50,661 nt of DNA, taken from sequence record HM035024; one strand, 5' to 3'. A program made the translations under genes and the position numbers. The notes beneath the pieces were generated by a model. It was not told the origin of the DNA and did not search any database. It worked only from the letters and a program-made list of their open reading frames with translations. Below, piece after piece: positions 7,881 to 16,501 of the stretch. This DNA is from Shigella phage Shfl1. Every line of letters starts with the position of its first letter. Position 1 is the first letter of the stretch.

Positions 7881-7936
7881 GTCGATGGGGTGATTTGATA
7901 TAGTTACCTCATCGACAACGAATAGAGAAAATCGAA

Positions 7937-8146
7937 ATGATGGTATCAACTGATAAGTTTTTTACTTGCACTAAAACTTCCGAGGTATTCGAACTGGTTC
8001 ATACTGACAACGGTGATTTCATGCATGACGGTTGCGACGTTTTCATTGAAGTGAAAGAAAGCGACTATGACGAAGGAGTTTATTACAACCCGGCAGTTAA
8101 CACGCAGTTTTTTACCCCGATCGAGGAAGATGGAGAAGAGGCATGA
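7937..8146 (+). CDS. hypothetical acidic protein (69 aa)
   Basis: ORF; about 17 Asp/Glu against 3 Lys. Confidence 0.5.
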   Translation: MMVSTDKFFTCTKTSEVFELVHTDNGDFMHDGCDVFIEVKESDYDEGVYYNPAVNTQFFTPIEEDGEEA

Positions 8147-8487
8147 TTACGATTAACCTGTCAGAGAAGCAAGCTCGTGAAATCCTGGATACGATCGGCG
8201 ACCAGTTACACATCAAAGGCGCTACCGCCGAACTTCTTAACCAGATCGAAAGGCAGCTTACCCCAGCATCAACGAATCAATCTGAGTTTGCGACCTGGAA
8301 GAGCGAGCGCATCTTGCCAAATATCATCAATGCATGGAAGCGCAAGCATAAAAAAGAAATCAACGTTGAGGATTTATTTACCGATGAATTAAGTCCTTCA
8401 AAGGTTGCTCAATATCAGTTGCGATACATGGAATCAGTTTGCAATCAGGTTTTAGGTGCTAATTTTTCATTTGGGAGAGGTAAATAA
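8143..8487 (+). CDS. hypothetical protein (114 aa)
   Basis: ORF; ATGA overlap with previous gene. Confidence 0.5.
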   Translation: MITINLSEKQAREILDTIGDQLHIKGATAELLNQIERQLTPASTNQSEFATWKSERILPNIINAWKRKHKKEINVEDLFTDELSPSKVAQYQLRYMESVCNQVLGANFSFGRGK

Positions 8488-8717
8488 TGTTCGGTTTAAG
8501 TGAAGCAGAATGGAACGTGGTAAAGCGCGCGGCGAAGGAATTAAATAAATTCGTCAGTGGCATGAAAAAAGAAGATCGGAAAAACGACAAAATCATGATT
8601 GACGTTATTTCTGCTCACCACAAAAAGGTCGAATTACTCATCGATCGCTACAAATTTGTCTGGACTGCCGGGTATATTGCCGGGCGCGTAGGTAACAAAG
8701 AAGGGGATTACGAATAA
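8487..8717 (+). CDS. hypothetical protein (76 aa)
   Basis: ORF; overlapping stop/start with neighbours. Confidence 0.5.
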   Translation: MFGLSEAEWNVVKRAAKELNKFVSGMKKEDRKNDKIMIDVISAHHKKVELLIDRYKFVWTAGYIAGRVGNKEGDYE

Positions 8718-8920
8718 TGGCTAATTTACCAAAGAAAGGCGATCAGGTTCGATGCGTAACGTCACGCAGTGGCGATGCTTTCTCTGCTGGCTGCTCTTAC
8801 GATGTGGAAAAGATTAGTAAAGCAAAGAGACTTGTGTATGTGTACGGCGACGATGGAAACTTGCATGAGATTGATTACCCGCAGGATATGACTAAGGGTC
8901 AATTTGAAATTAATGATTGA
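8717..8920 (+). CDS. hypothetical protein (67 aa)
   Basis: ORF; overlapping stop/start. Confidence 0.5.
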   Translation: MANLPKKGDQVRCVTSRSGDAFSAGCSYDVEKISKAKRLVYVYGDDGNLHEIDYPQDMTKGQFEIND

Positions 8921-9085
8921 CCTGAATCCCTGAGCGGTGATAGTATTAATCCCGTAGACATACGAGGCGCAATGAGTCGCAACGCGTGAGACGATTCTCA
9001 CCATTCCAGCTAACAAGCTCGGTTGCATAGTGGTTAAGCAACGCCGCAGACCCGTAAGCGGCAACAATTCAAGAGGATTGCATAA

Positions 9086-9247
9086 TGCAAAACAATAAAG
9101 ACGAATCAGTAAAAATTGAAATTAAAGTAACTCGCAACGGTGAAACCACTCGTTATAAAAAGCGATTAAATCCTGGCGAGGCTGTTATTGGTCGCATTGC
9201 TGGCGTTATGATTAAGGCGCAGGAAGATGAAGCGATTCAAAGTTAAA
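9086..9247 (+). CDS. small hypothetical protein (53 aa, MQNNKDESVKIEIKVTRNGETTRYKKRLNPGEAVIGRIAGVMIKAQEDEAIQS)
   Basis: Hand translated; AAGAGGA RBS 7 nt upstream; below ORF-track cutoff. Confidence 0.35.
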
Positions 9248-9413
9248 TTAATTATTCGAAAGATGGGAATGTTTTGCCAGTCGTGCAAACAATCTTTCGA
9301 AACAGAATTATCTGCAACCAGTCAGGCAGAAGCCATCACGAAAGCGAAGAAACTTTCAGGCGCTAATCTTGACACTCACAAAATAAACATTGAATTAATC
9401 AAGGAGATTTAAC

Positions 9414-9641
9414 ATGACCATTTTTTTATTGATTATCGCTGGTATCGTTATTTTTGGTGCTGGTTTGCTTGCTGGATTCGTACTTGTGGCGGCAGCAATT
9501 GCGATGGACGCGAAGGATAAAACTGGTGTGTGGCTGACCTACTCACCTAAGAAGGACCAGTGGGAAATGACTGGCGACCTTGCTCACTGCTACTCTAAAG
9601 CTCAGACCCACCCAAAAGGCATTAAACGACGATTATCATGA
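9414..9641 (+). CDS. small membrane protein (75 aa)
   Basis: N-terminal transmembrane helix FLLIIAGIVIFGAGLLAGFVLVAAAIA; GGAG RBS; followed by an intrinsic terminator. Confidence 0.5.
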   Translation: MTIFLLIIAGIVIFGAGLLAGFVLVAAAIAMDAKDKTGVWLTYSPKKDQWEMTGDLAHCYSKAQTHPKGIKRRLS

Positions 9642-9650
9642 TAAATACTA

Positions 9651-9673
9651 ACCCGCTTCGGCGGGTTTTTTTA
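9651..9673 (+). terminator. intrinsic terminator
   Basis: ACCCGCTTCGGCGGGT followed by T7. Confidence 0.7.
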
Positions 9674-9691
9674 TGTCTGCAATATGGTAAA

Positions 9692-9710
9692 ATAGCACTA
9701 AATGTTAAAC
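9692..9710 (+). promoter_or_regulatory. conserved motif variant ATAGCACTAAATGTTAAAC upstream of small terminase
   Basis: Motif directly followed by GAGAGGA RBS region; no hairpin. Confidence 0.35.
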
Positions 9711-9725
9711 AGAGAGGATGGATTT

Positions 9726-10250
9726 ATGAGTGAACCTAAGAACGCTCCCGTAGTCCAGGGTGGTAATTTCAAAGAGCTATACAAGAAAAAATTCGGCACT
9801 GTACTCGCGAAAAACCGTGCGATGACGCCTGAACAATTATTCGATCTGTCAGTGAAGTACTTTGAATGGGCCGAGGACAACGCGATCAAGGCGTCAGAAT
9901 CAGCCAGCTTTCAGGGTGGAGTTTATGAATCGCTTGTTCATAAGCCGCGCGTCTTCACCTGGACCGGATACCGACTATTTATCGGTGCAAGCGAGGCCGC
10001 AATCATTAAATGGAAGCGCGAGGAAGAATACAGTGAGGTTATGGAGTTCGTGGAATCCGTAATCAACGAGCAAAAATTTCAGCTTGCCGCAAACGGCGTT
10101 ATTAACGCCTCATTTATCGGCAAAGATCTCGGAATCGACAAGCCAGCCTCAATCAACATCGAAAACTCAGCGGCTTCAGCGTCGACCACCGTCGCCACTA
10201 CTGAGGACGCAATGAAAGAGGCTGTAAACAGTATTCTTGACATGCTTTAA
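9726..10250 (+). CDS. putative terminase small subunit
   Basis: Position immediately upstream of large terminase; start trimmed to ATG 9726 (GAGGA RBS); sequence has no decisive motif. Confidence 0.45.
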   Translation: MSEPKNAPVVQGGNFKELYKKKFGTVLAKNRAMTPEQLFDLSVKYFEWAEDNAIKASESASFQGGVYESLVHKPRVFTWTGYRLFIGASEAAIIKWKREEEYSEVMEFVESVINEQKFQLAANGVINASFIGKDLGIDKPASINIENSAASASTTVATTEDAMKEAVNSILDML

Positions 10251-10288
10251 CGTTACGGGCGCGCAAGCGCCCATACAGGAGAATTGAC

Positions 10289-11857
10289 ATGATTCAATGG
10301 GAAGAACTCGACGCAACTCAGAAGTTGGCGATCAAAAAAATGAGCGAGGCCAATTTCGAAAAAATGATTCGGATCTGGTTCCAGCTTATGCAGGCGCAGC
10401 AGTTCCAGCCTAACTGGCATCACCTTTACCTCTGTCACGAAGTGGAGGAAATTATTGCAGGCCGACGCGGTAATACTATCTTTAACGTCACGCCAGGCTC
10501 CGGTAAAACTGAGGTGTTCTCAATACACCTTCCGGTATACGCAATGCTCAAGTGTAAGAAGGTGCGAAACCTTAACGTGTCGTTTGCCGACAGCTTAGTT
10601 AAGCGTAACAGTAAGCGCGTCCGTGAGATTATCAGCAGCAACGAGTTCCAGGAATTATGGCCCTGCAAATTTGGCACATCGAAAGATGAAGAGATGCAGG
10701 TTCTTAACGAAGACGGAAAGGTTTGGTTTGAGTTGATATCCGCTGCGGCTGGCGGTCGCATTACTGGTTCGCGTGGTGGCTACATGATGCCGGGATTCTC
10801 AGGGATGGTAATGCTCGACGATATCGACAAGCCTGATGATATGTTCTCAAAGGTTAAGCGTGAGCGTACGCACATGCTATTGAAAAACACCATTCGATCC
10901 CGTCGTATGCATAACGAGACGCCTATTATTGCAATTCAGCAGCGACTACATGCGCAGGACTCAACGTGGTTCATGATGAATGGCGGCATGGGTATTGAGT
11001 TTGATCAGATCTCAATTCCGGCACTGGTTACTGAAGAATACGGAAAGACGCTCCCTGACTGGTTACAGCCTTACTTTGAGCGCGACGTTTTGTCGTCTGA
11101 ATATGTAGAGTTGGATGGAGTTAAGCATTACTCATTCTGGCCCAGCAAGGAAAGTGTTCACGACCTGTTAGCCTTGCGAGAAGCGGACCAGTACACCTTT
11201 GACTCTCAGTATCAGCAGAAGCCGATTGCGCTTGGTGGCTCCGTGTTTAACTCGGAGTGGTGGACTTATTACGGCAGCAGCCTTGACGCTGACGAGCCAG
11301 ATCCTGGTAAATATGATTACCGTTTTATCACAGCGGATACCGCTCAGAAGACGGGCGAGCTAAACGACTACACAGTCTTTTGTTTATGGGGTAAGAAAAA
11401 CGATAAGGTTTACTTTATCGACGGCATTCGCGGCAAGTGGGAAGCGCCTGATATGGAGAAACAATTTACCGCCTTTGTGAATCAGGCATGGAGGCACAAT
11501 AAATCAATGGGCGTGCTTCGCAAAATCTACGTGGAAGATAAAGCGAGCGGAACGGGCTTGATTCAGAACTTAAGGAAAAAGACCCCGATCTCAATTACAC
11601 CATTGCAACGCAACAAAGATAAAGTTACCAGAGCGATGGATGCTCAACCAGTCATTAAGGCAGGGCGTGTAGTTCTTCCAGAAGAGCACCCTATGCTTGC
11701 GGAAATCATCGCAGAGCATAGCGCTTTCACATATGATGACACACATCCGCATGATGACATTGTCGATAACTTCATGGATGCGGCGAACATTGAATTGCTG
11801 ACTATTGACGATCCTATCGAGCGAATGAAGCGACTTGCCGGGATGGTTAAGCGGTAA
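10289..11857 (+). CDS. terminase large subunit
   Basis: 522 aa; P-loop TPGSGKTE; Walker-B-like MVMLDDIDKPDD; C-terminal RNaseH-like nuclease region with acidic residues; lies upstream of portal. Confidence 0.85.
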   Translation: MIQWEELDATQKLAIKKMSEANFEKMIRIWFQLMQAQQFQPNWHHLYLCHEVEEIIAGRRGNTIFNVTPGSGKTEVFSIHLPVYAMLKCKKVRNLNVSFADSLVKRNSKRVREIISSNEFQELWPCKFGTSKDEEMQVLNEDGKVWFELISAAAGGRITGSRGGYMMPGFSGMVMLDDIDKPDDMFSKVKRERTHMLLKNTIRSRRMHNETPIIAIQQRLHAQDSTWFMMNGGMGIEFDQISIPALVTEEYGKTLPDWLQPYFERDVLSSEYVELDGVKHYSFWPSKESVHDLLALREADQYTFDSQYQQKPIALGGSVFNSEWWTYYGSSLDADEPDPGKYDYRFITADTAQKTGELNDYTVFCLWGKKNDKVYFIDGIRGKWEAPDMEKQFTAFVNQAWRHNKSMGVLRKIYVEDKASGTGLIQNLRKKTPISITPLQRNKDKVTRAMDAQPVIKAGRVVLPEEHPMLAEIIAEHSAFTYDDTHPHDDIVDNFMDAANIELLTIDDPIERMKRLAGMVKR

Positions 11858-11911
11858 TAAATGAGATATAATCAAGGCTGTCAATTGACGGCCTTTTTTA
11901 TTGGAGGAAAC

Positions 11912-13195
11912 ATGAAAATTGTTAAACATGATGGATATAACGATATCTTTAACGGCGGTGCTGACGGTTCACCAAAGCCATTTTTTATGTCAGACGCATC
12001 ATATCACGTAGGATCTTTCTATAACGATAACGCCACGGCGAAACGAATTGTAGATGTGATCCCGGAAGAAATGGTGACGGCTGGTTTTAAAATTTCAGGC
12101 GTTAAGGATGAAAAAGAGTTCAAATCTCTTTGGGATAGTTACAAAATTGATCCTAGCTTGGTTGATGTTCTTTGCTGGGCGCGCCTATACGGTGGAGCGG
12201 CTATTGTAGCAATCATTAATGACAACAGAATGCTAACCAGCCCAGTTAAGCCTGGGGCTAAACTTGAAGGTGTGCGTGTTTACGATAGGTTCTCAATTAC
12301 AATAGAAAAAAGAGTAACCAATGCGAGATCGCCTCGCTATGGTGAGCCTGAGATCTATAAGGTGTCGCCAGGTGACAATGTTCAACCTTACTTAATCCAC
12401 CACACGAGAATTTTCATTGCTGATGGTGAGAGAGTTACCCCTCAGATTAGAAGACAGAATCAGGGGTGGGGTGCTTCCGTTTTGAATAAGTCACTGATTG
12501 ATGCAATCTGCGACTACGACTATTGCGAATCACTTGCGACTCAGATTTTGCGGCGTAAGCAACAGGCGGTATGGAAGGTCAAAGGTCTTGCCGAAATGTG
12601 CGATGATGACGACGCTCAGTATGCGGCGCGCCTGCGACTTGCTCAGGTTGATGATAACTCCGGTGTAGGTCGCGCGATCGGTATCGACGCTGAGACGGAA
12701 GAATACGACGTTCTCAACTCTGATATCAGCGGAGTCCCTGAGTTCTTATCAAGCAAGATGGACCGCATTGTCTCCCTATCCGGGATTCATGAGATTATCA
12801 TCAAGAATAAGAACGTAGGCGGCGTATCAGCGAGCCAAAACACGGCGCTTGAGACTTTCTATAAGTTAGTCGATCGCAAGCGTGAGGAAGATTACAGGCC
12901 GCTTCTTGAGTTCTTGTTGCCGTTCATTGTTGATGAAGAAGAATGGTCGATCGAGTTTGAGCCATTGTCGGTCCCTAGCAAGAAAGAAGAATCCGAGATC
13001 ACGAAGAACAATATTGAGTCGGTGACGAAAGCCATCACTGAGCAAATCATCGATCTGGAGGAGGCTCGCGATACGTTGCGCTCTATCGCTCCTGAGTTTA
13101 AACTCAAGGACGGTAATAACATCAATATTCGCGAACCGGAAGAAACAACTGAACCGGAGCCGGGATTGGGGGAGAAGTTAGAAGATGAAAATTAA
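11912..13195 (+). CDS. portal protein
   Basis: 427 aa directly after TerL; acidic C-terminus; start trimmed to ATG 11912 (GGAGGAAAC RBS). Confidence 0.65.
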   Translation: MKIVKHDGYNDIFNGGADGSPKPFFMSDASYHVGSFYNDNATAKRIVDVIPEEMVTAGFKISGVKDEKEFKSLWDSYKIDPSLVDVLCWARLYGGAAIVAIINDNRMLTSPVKPGAKLEGVRVYDRFSITIEKRVTNARSPRYGEPEIYKVSPGDNVQPYLIHHTRIFIADGERVTPQIRRQNQGWGASVLNKSLIDAICDYDYCESLATQILRRKQQAVWKVKGLAEMCDDDDAQYAARLRLAQVDDNSGVGRAIGIDAETEEYDVLNSDISGVPEFLSSKMDRIVSLSGIHEIIIKNKNVGGVSASQNTALETFYKLVDRKREEDYRPLLEFLLPFIVDEEEWSIEFEPLSVPSKKEESEITKNNIESVTKAITEQIIDLEEARDTLRSIAPEFKLKDGNNINIREPEETTEPEPGLGEKLEDEN

Positions 13196-13946
13196 TGGCG
13201 TTGCTACTCAGTGGCGCTATCCTGAAATGAGCGAGCGCGCTATGTCGCGCTCCCTACAGGATGTAGCAGCCAAACTAACTGAAAAAATGCGTGACGAATT
13301 AAAGCCGATGAAATTTGACGCTACCGACGAAGAGATAGACCAGGCAGAAAGGTCATTGCTTGATTACGTTGAATCGCTCATCGCGCCGATTATCGGTTCT
13401 CTATCATCCGTTGCGCTCACGATCTATAAATTCAACTCTAGGCAGTGGTTGCGTATCGCTCGCAACTCTGGAGGGAAGAAGAATCAGGCCGTAATGCTAC
13501 TTGCCCTGATTGGTCCTACCGCTGCCGAAAGCTGGTACTCAGGACAATATAATCTGTGGCGATCGCAGGTGACTACTTCTATCAGGAAATTTGCCGCCAA
13601 CATGGTTACTGATTTCACTGATAAACTTCGTGCAGCATCCGGTCAGGGTAAAAGCAAGGATTTTGTTGTTGAACTTGCTAAGGAGCGATTTGGTATTTAC
13701 CGTAATTGGGCCAAAAATAGAGCGTCTGGAATTGTCGGAACATGGAACAGTAGACTAATGCGCCAACGCATAAAAGATGCTGGTGTCTCTTACTATTTCT
13801 GGCACGGGGTGATGGATTTACGAGAACGTGAAAAGCATGTAAGATGGGAAGGTAAGCGAATAGCGGTAGATTCTGATCACGTATTCCCTGGTGAAGAATA
13901 CAACTGCCGTTGTTGGGCTGTTCCAGACTTTTCCACAGGAGATTAA
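13185..13946 (+). CDS. head morphogenesis protein (Mu F / SPP1 gp7-like)
   Basis: C-terminal signature WEGKRIAVDSDHVFPGEEYNCRCW typical of Mu F-like minor head proteins. Confidence 0.7.
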   Translation: MKINGVATQWRYPEMSERAMSRSLQDVAAKLTEKMRDELKPMKFDATDEEIDQAERSLLDYVESLIAPIIGSLSSVALTIYKFNSRQWLRIARNSGGKKNQAVMLLALIGPTAAESWYSGQYNLWRSQVTTSIRKFAANMVTDFTDKLRAASGQGKSKDFVVELAKERFGIYRNWAKNRASGIVGTWNSRLMRQRIKDAGVSYYFWHGVMDLREREKHVRWEGKRIAVDSDHVFPGEEYNCRCWAVPDFSTGD

Positions 13947-13948
13947 AA

Positions 13949-15061
13949 ATGAAGGCAAAGCAAAGATTCGATTCGGTAAAAATCAAGGCTCACTTTGATG
14001 ATAATGGTTTTTTGGTTGATCGCCCCATCGTGGCGCGAATCGGTGCTCAGGTTTACAAGACTCCACACGGCGATCGCGTTGAGTTCCGTCCGGCATCCGA
14101 AGTTTTCAAGCAAGAATCCTTGCAAAGTTTTGCAGGTAAGCCAATTACTGTCGGTCACGTAACGGTAACTCCGCAGAATGCTAAGGACGTTGTTGTCGGA
14201 TCGTGTGCTGGCGCTGGTATTGCTTCAGGGGTTGGCGTTGAAGTTCCTTTGAGTATTTACAGCGACTACGCGATCAGCAAAGCTAAAGCAAAAGAAGCGG
14301 GTGAATTATCTGTTGGCTACACGTCAGTAGATATTGATAAGCCTGGATGGGGTTCTAACGAGACGGGGGAGTATATCTTCGAAGAGGATATGAAGCAGGA
14401 TGAAGCGCCGCCGGAAGGATGGGTTAAATTTGACGCGGTACAGACTAATATCAAGGTCAACCATATCGCACTAGTTTTCAAGGGTCGTGCTGGAATTGCT
14501 AAATTAAACCTTGATGCTGAACAGGAATTTCCGTATGATAATAACGTTCAATCAACTAACGAGGACAAGCAAATGAAAAAAATCAAGATCGACTCCGTTG
14601 ATGTGGAAGTAACCGAAGACGTTGCTAACCACATCGAAAAATTAACCGCACAGATTGCCACCATTCAGGGGAAAGCCGATGGCTTCGAAGCTGAACGCGA
14701 CGCTCTTAAGGTTAAGGTTGATTCTATCCCTGAACTGGTAAAAGCAGAAGTAGAGAAGCAGAAAGCTGACGCCGCAGCACGTGCAGAAGTTACCGCAGTG
14801 GCAGAAACCGCAGGCGTTAAGCATGATGGCCTTGAAATCAAAGACGTTAAGGTCGCAGTAGTCAAAGCAATGCTGAACAAAGATGTGAGCGAAAAATCTG
14901 ATGCATATATCGACGCTATGTTTGATGTTGCTAAAGATTCTGATATCATGGCTATTCAGCGTAAAGCAGTAAAAGGCGACTCTATCGAAGGCGGTAAGCC
15001 GGAAGAGAAAAACGACGCCGCGCCTGTTACGCCAAATTCACGTTTAAGCAAAGTAATGTAA
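13949..15061 (+). CDS. putative scaffolding protein
   Basis: Position between head morphogenesis and capsid genes; C-terminal half Ala/Glu/Lys-rich, coiled-coil-like (AERDALKVKVDSIPELVKAEVEKQKADAAARAE); start trimmed to ATG 13949. Confidence 0.5.
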   Translation: MKAKQRFDSVKIKAHFDDNGFLVDRPIVARIGAQVYKTPHGDRVEFRPASEVFKQESLQSFAGKPITVGHVTVTPQNAKDVVVGSCAGAGIASGVGVEVPLSIYSDYAISKAKAKEAGELSVGYTSVDIDKPGWGSNETGEYIFEEDMKQDEAPPEGWVKFDAVQTNIKVNHIALVFKGRAGIAKLNLDAEQEFPYDNNVQSTNEDKQMKKIKIDSVDVEVTEDVANHIEKLTAQIATIQGKADGFEAERDALKVKVDSIPELVKAEVEKQKADAAARAEVTAVAETAGVKHDGLEIKDVKVAVVKAMLNKDVSEKSDAYIDAMFDVAKDSDIMAIQRKAVKGDSIEGGKPEEKNDAAPVTPNSRLSKVM

Positions 15062-15072
15062 GGGGAAATATT

Positions 15073-15549
15073 ATGGCACAAATTAACGCATCTTATCAGC
15101 GCGATATGGCGATCGCCCTTCCGGGTATGGTTGCAGACACTTCCAAGTACAACATTGACGGCGCTTGTGTCGTTAACGAAGGTGATGTTTTTGTTGGCGC
15201 TGCCGTACAAGTCGTTCAAGCTCAGGCGGTTGATGGTCATAAGTTGGTTAAGGCTCTTACTACCGGAACCACTCCGTACGGTGTAGCTATTCGATCTCAC
15301 TGGCAGACTGTGAACTCTAAAAACCAAATGGTTTATGAAGAAGGCGGCGCAATCAACGTCATGACCTCCGGGCGAGTATGGATGCTTTCAAAATCAGAAG
15401 AAGCACCAACTTTCGGAACCGCCGTAAAACTCGACGTTGACGGTCAAGAGAAATCTGATGGCACGATCGAAACTACATGGACTTACGCTGGCGGTTGGAC
15501 TAAATACAAAGACGTTCAGCTTGTAGAGGTTCAGTTGCATCAACTGTAA
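15073..15549 (+). CDS. capsid decoration-like protein (paralog A)
   Basis: N-terminal about 130 aa alignable by eye with the next gene (DTSKYNIDGACV / DTSTYNIDGSCV; TPYGVAIRS / TPYGIAFRS); flanked by intrinsic terminators. Confidence 0.4.
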   Translation: MAQINASYQRDMAIALPGMVADTSKYNIDGACVVNEGDVFVGAAVQVVQAQAVDGHKLVKALTTGTTPYGVAIRSHWQTVNSKNQMVYEEGGAINVMTSGRVWMLSKSEEAPTFGTAVKLDVDGQEKSDGTIETTWTYAGGWTKYKDVQLVEVQLHQL

Positions 15550-15565
15550 TTAGAGTTTAATATGG

Positions 15566-15596
15566 GGACTATCCTTTTTGGATAGTCCTTTTTTTA
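15566..15596 (+). terminator. intrinsic terminator
   Basis: GGACTATCC-TTTTT-GGATAGTCC followed by T7. Confidence 0.7.
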
Positions 15597-15609
15597 TGGA
15601 GAAATTATT

Positions 15610-16410
15610 ATGGCTTACGAAAATTTAATGTTGCGCCCAGCGTGTCCGGGCAATCTTTCTGATACTTCAACCTACAACATTGATGGATCTTGTGTTGCTC
15701 AGGGGGATATTGAGTTCGGCGCTGCGGTTCAGGTTGTCGGGATCGTTGATGGAGTGAAGGTTGTAAAGGCGCTTGCTGATGGTGGAACTCCTTACGGTAT
15801 CGCTTTCCGTTCACAATACGAACACCTGAGCGGTAAAATATTAGACGGTGAAGTTTGCAATGTCGTTTCTCATGGTCGCATGTGGACACTTACTTCTCTT
15901 GATGAATCTCCGGCCTTATTCTCAAAGTTACAATTTGGATCTGGTGGTGTTGTTACTGGTAGCTCTGGTTCCGTAGGTTGGACATTTGCTGGCGGGTTTG
16001 TTAAGCACGATGACGGGTACATTATTGAGGTGCAGGTGAAGCAAAATTCTTTCATTACTCCACCTCCACCACCTCCTGTGGTTCTTGTTGAGTCTGCGAC
16101 GATTACCACTAACAAGGAGAGTCCTCAGCCAAACAATGCACCCGTGCAATTTAGCGTTGCTGTGAAACCTGACAACGCCACTAATAAAACTGGCGTGTGG
16201 AAACCTGACAACGCCACTAATAAAACTGGCGTGTGGTCTGTTGATGCTGAAGATGTTGCGACAATAGATCCAAAATCTGGCGTTCTTACTCCAATTGGTG
16301 GAGATGCGGCAGGTAGCGTAAGCGTAAATTGGACGGCTAACGATGCCAGCAAAACTAAAGAATCGATCGCTTATGTCTTTAATGCTACGCCAGCCGAAGA
16401 AGAGTCATAA
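15610..16410 (+). CDS. capsid decoration-like protein with C-terminal Ig-like domain (paralog B)
   Basis: Shared N-terminal domain with 15073..15549; PPPPPP linker; C-terminal Big_2-like segment with exact 12-aa tandem repeat KPDNATNKTGVW. Confidence 0.4.
   Translation: MAYENLMLRPACPGNLSDTSTYNIDGSCVAQGDIEFGAAVQVVGIVDGVKVVKALADGGTPYGIAFRSQYEHLSGKILDGEVCNVVSHGRMWTLTSLDESPALFSKLQFGSGGVVTGSSGSVGWTFAGGFVKHDDGYIIEVQVKQNSFITPPPPPPVVLVESATITTNKESPQPNNAPVQFSVAVKPDNATNKTGVWKPDNATNKTGVWSVDAEDVATIDPKSGVLTPIGGDAAGSVSVNWTANDASKTKESIAYVFNATPAEEES
16165..16236 (+). repeat. perfect 36-bp tandem duplication within coding sequence
   Basis: AAACCTGACAACGCCACTAATAAAACTGGCGTGTGG occurs twice back to back (16165-16200 and 16201-16236). 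Confidence 0.9.
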
Positions 16411-16429
16411 CATAAAAACACTTTGACGC

Positions 16430-16447
16430 TTTAACAAAAAGTGCTAT
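16430..16447 (-). promoter_or_regulatory. conserved motif, reverse orientation, adjacent to terminator
   Basis: Plus strand reads TTTAACAAAAAGTGCTAT. Confidence 0.3.
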
Positions 16448-16454
16448 TATTGAA

Positions 16455-16481
16455 GCCGTGAACATAATCACGGCTTTTTTA
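16455..16481 (+). terminator. intrinsic terminator
   Basis: GCCGTGAACATAATCACGGC followed by T6. Confidence 0.65.
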
Positions 16482-16501
16482 TTAACTACGGAGAAGTAAT
16501 C

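Noticed and set aside
8921-9085. Possible tRNA in structured intergenic region
   Set aside because: No cloverleaf could be folded; no T-arm GTTCNANNC-like sequence or acceptor-stem pairing; interpreted as generic stem-loops.
9862-10062. Plus-strand 66-aa ORF within the putative terminase small-subunit gene
   Set aside because: Alternative frame inside a longer ORF with RBS; Arg/Ser/Pro-rich translation typical of an out-of-frame read.
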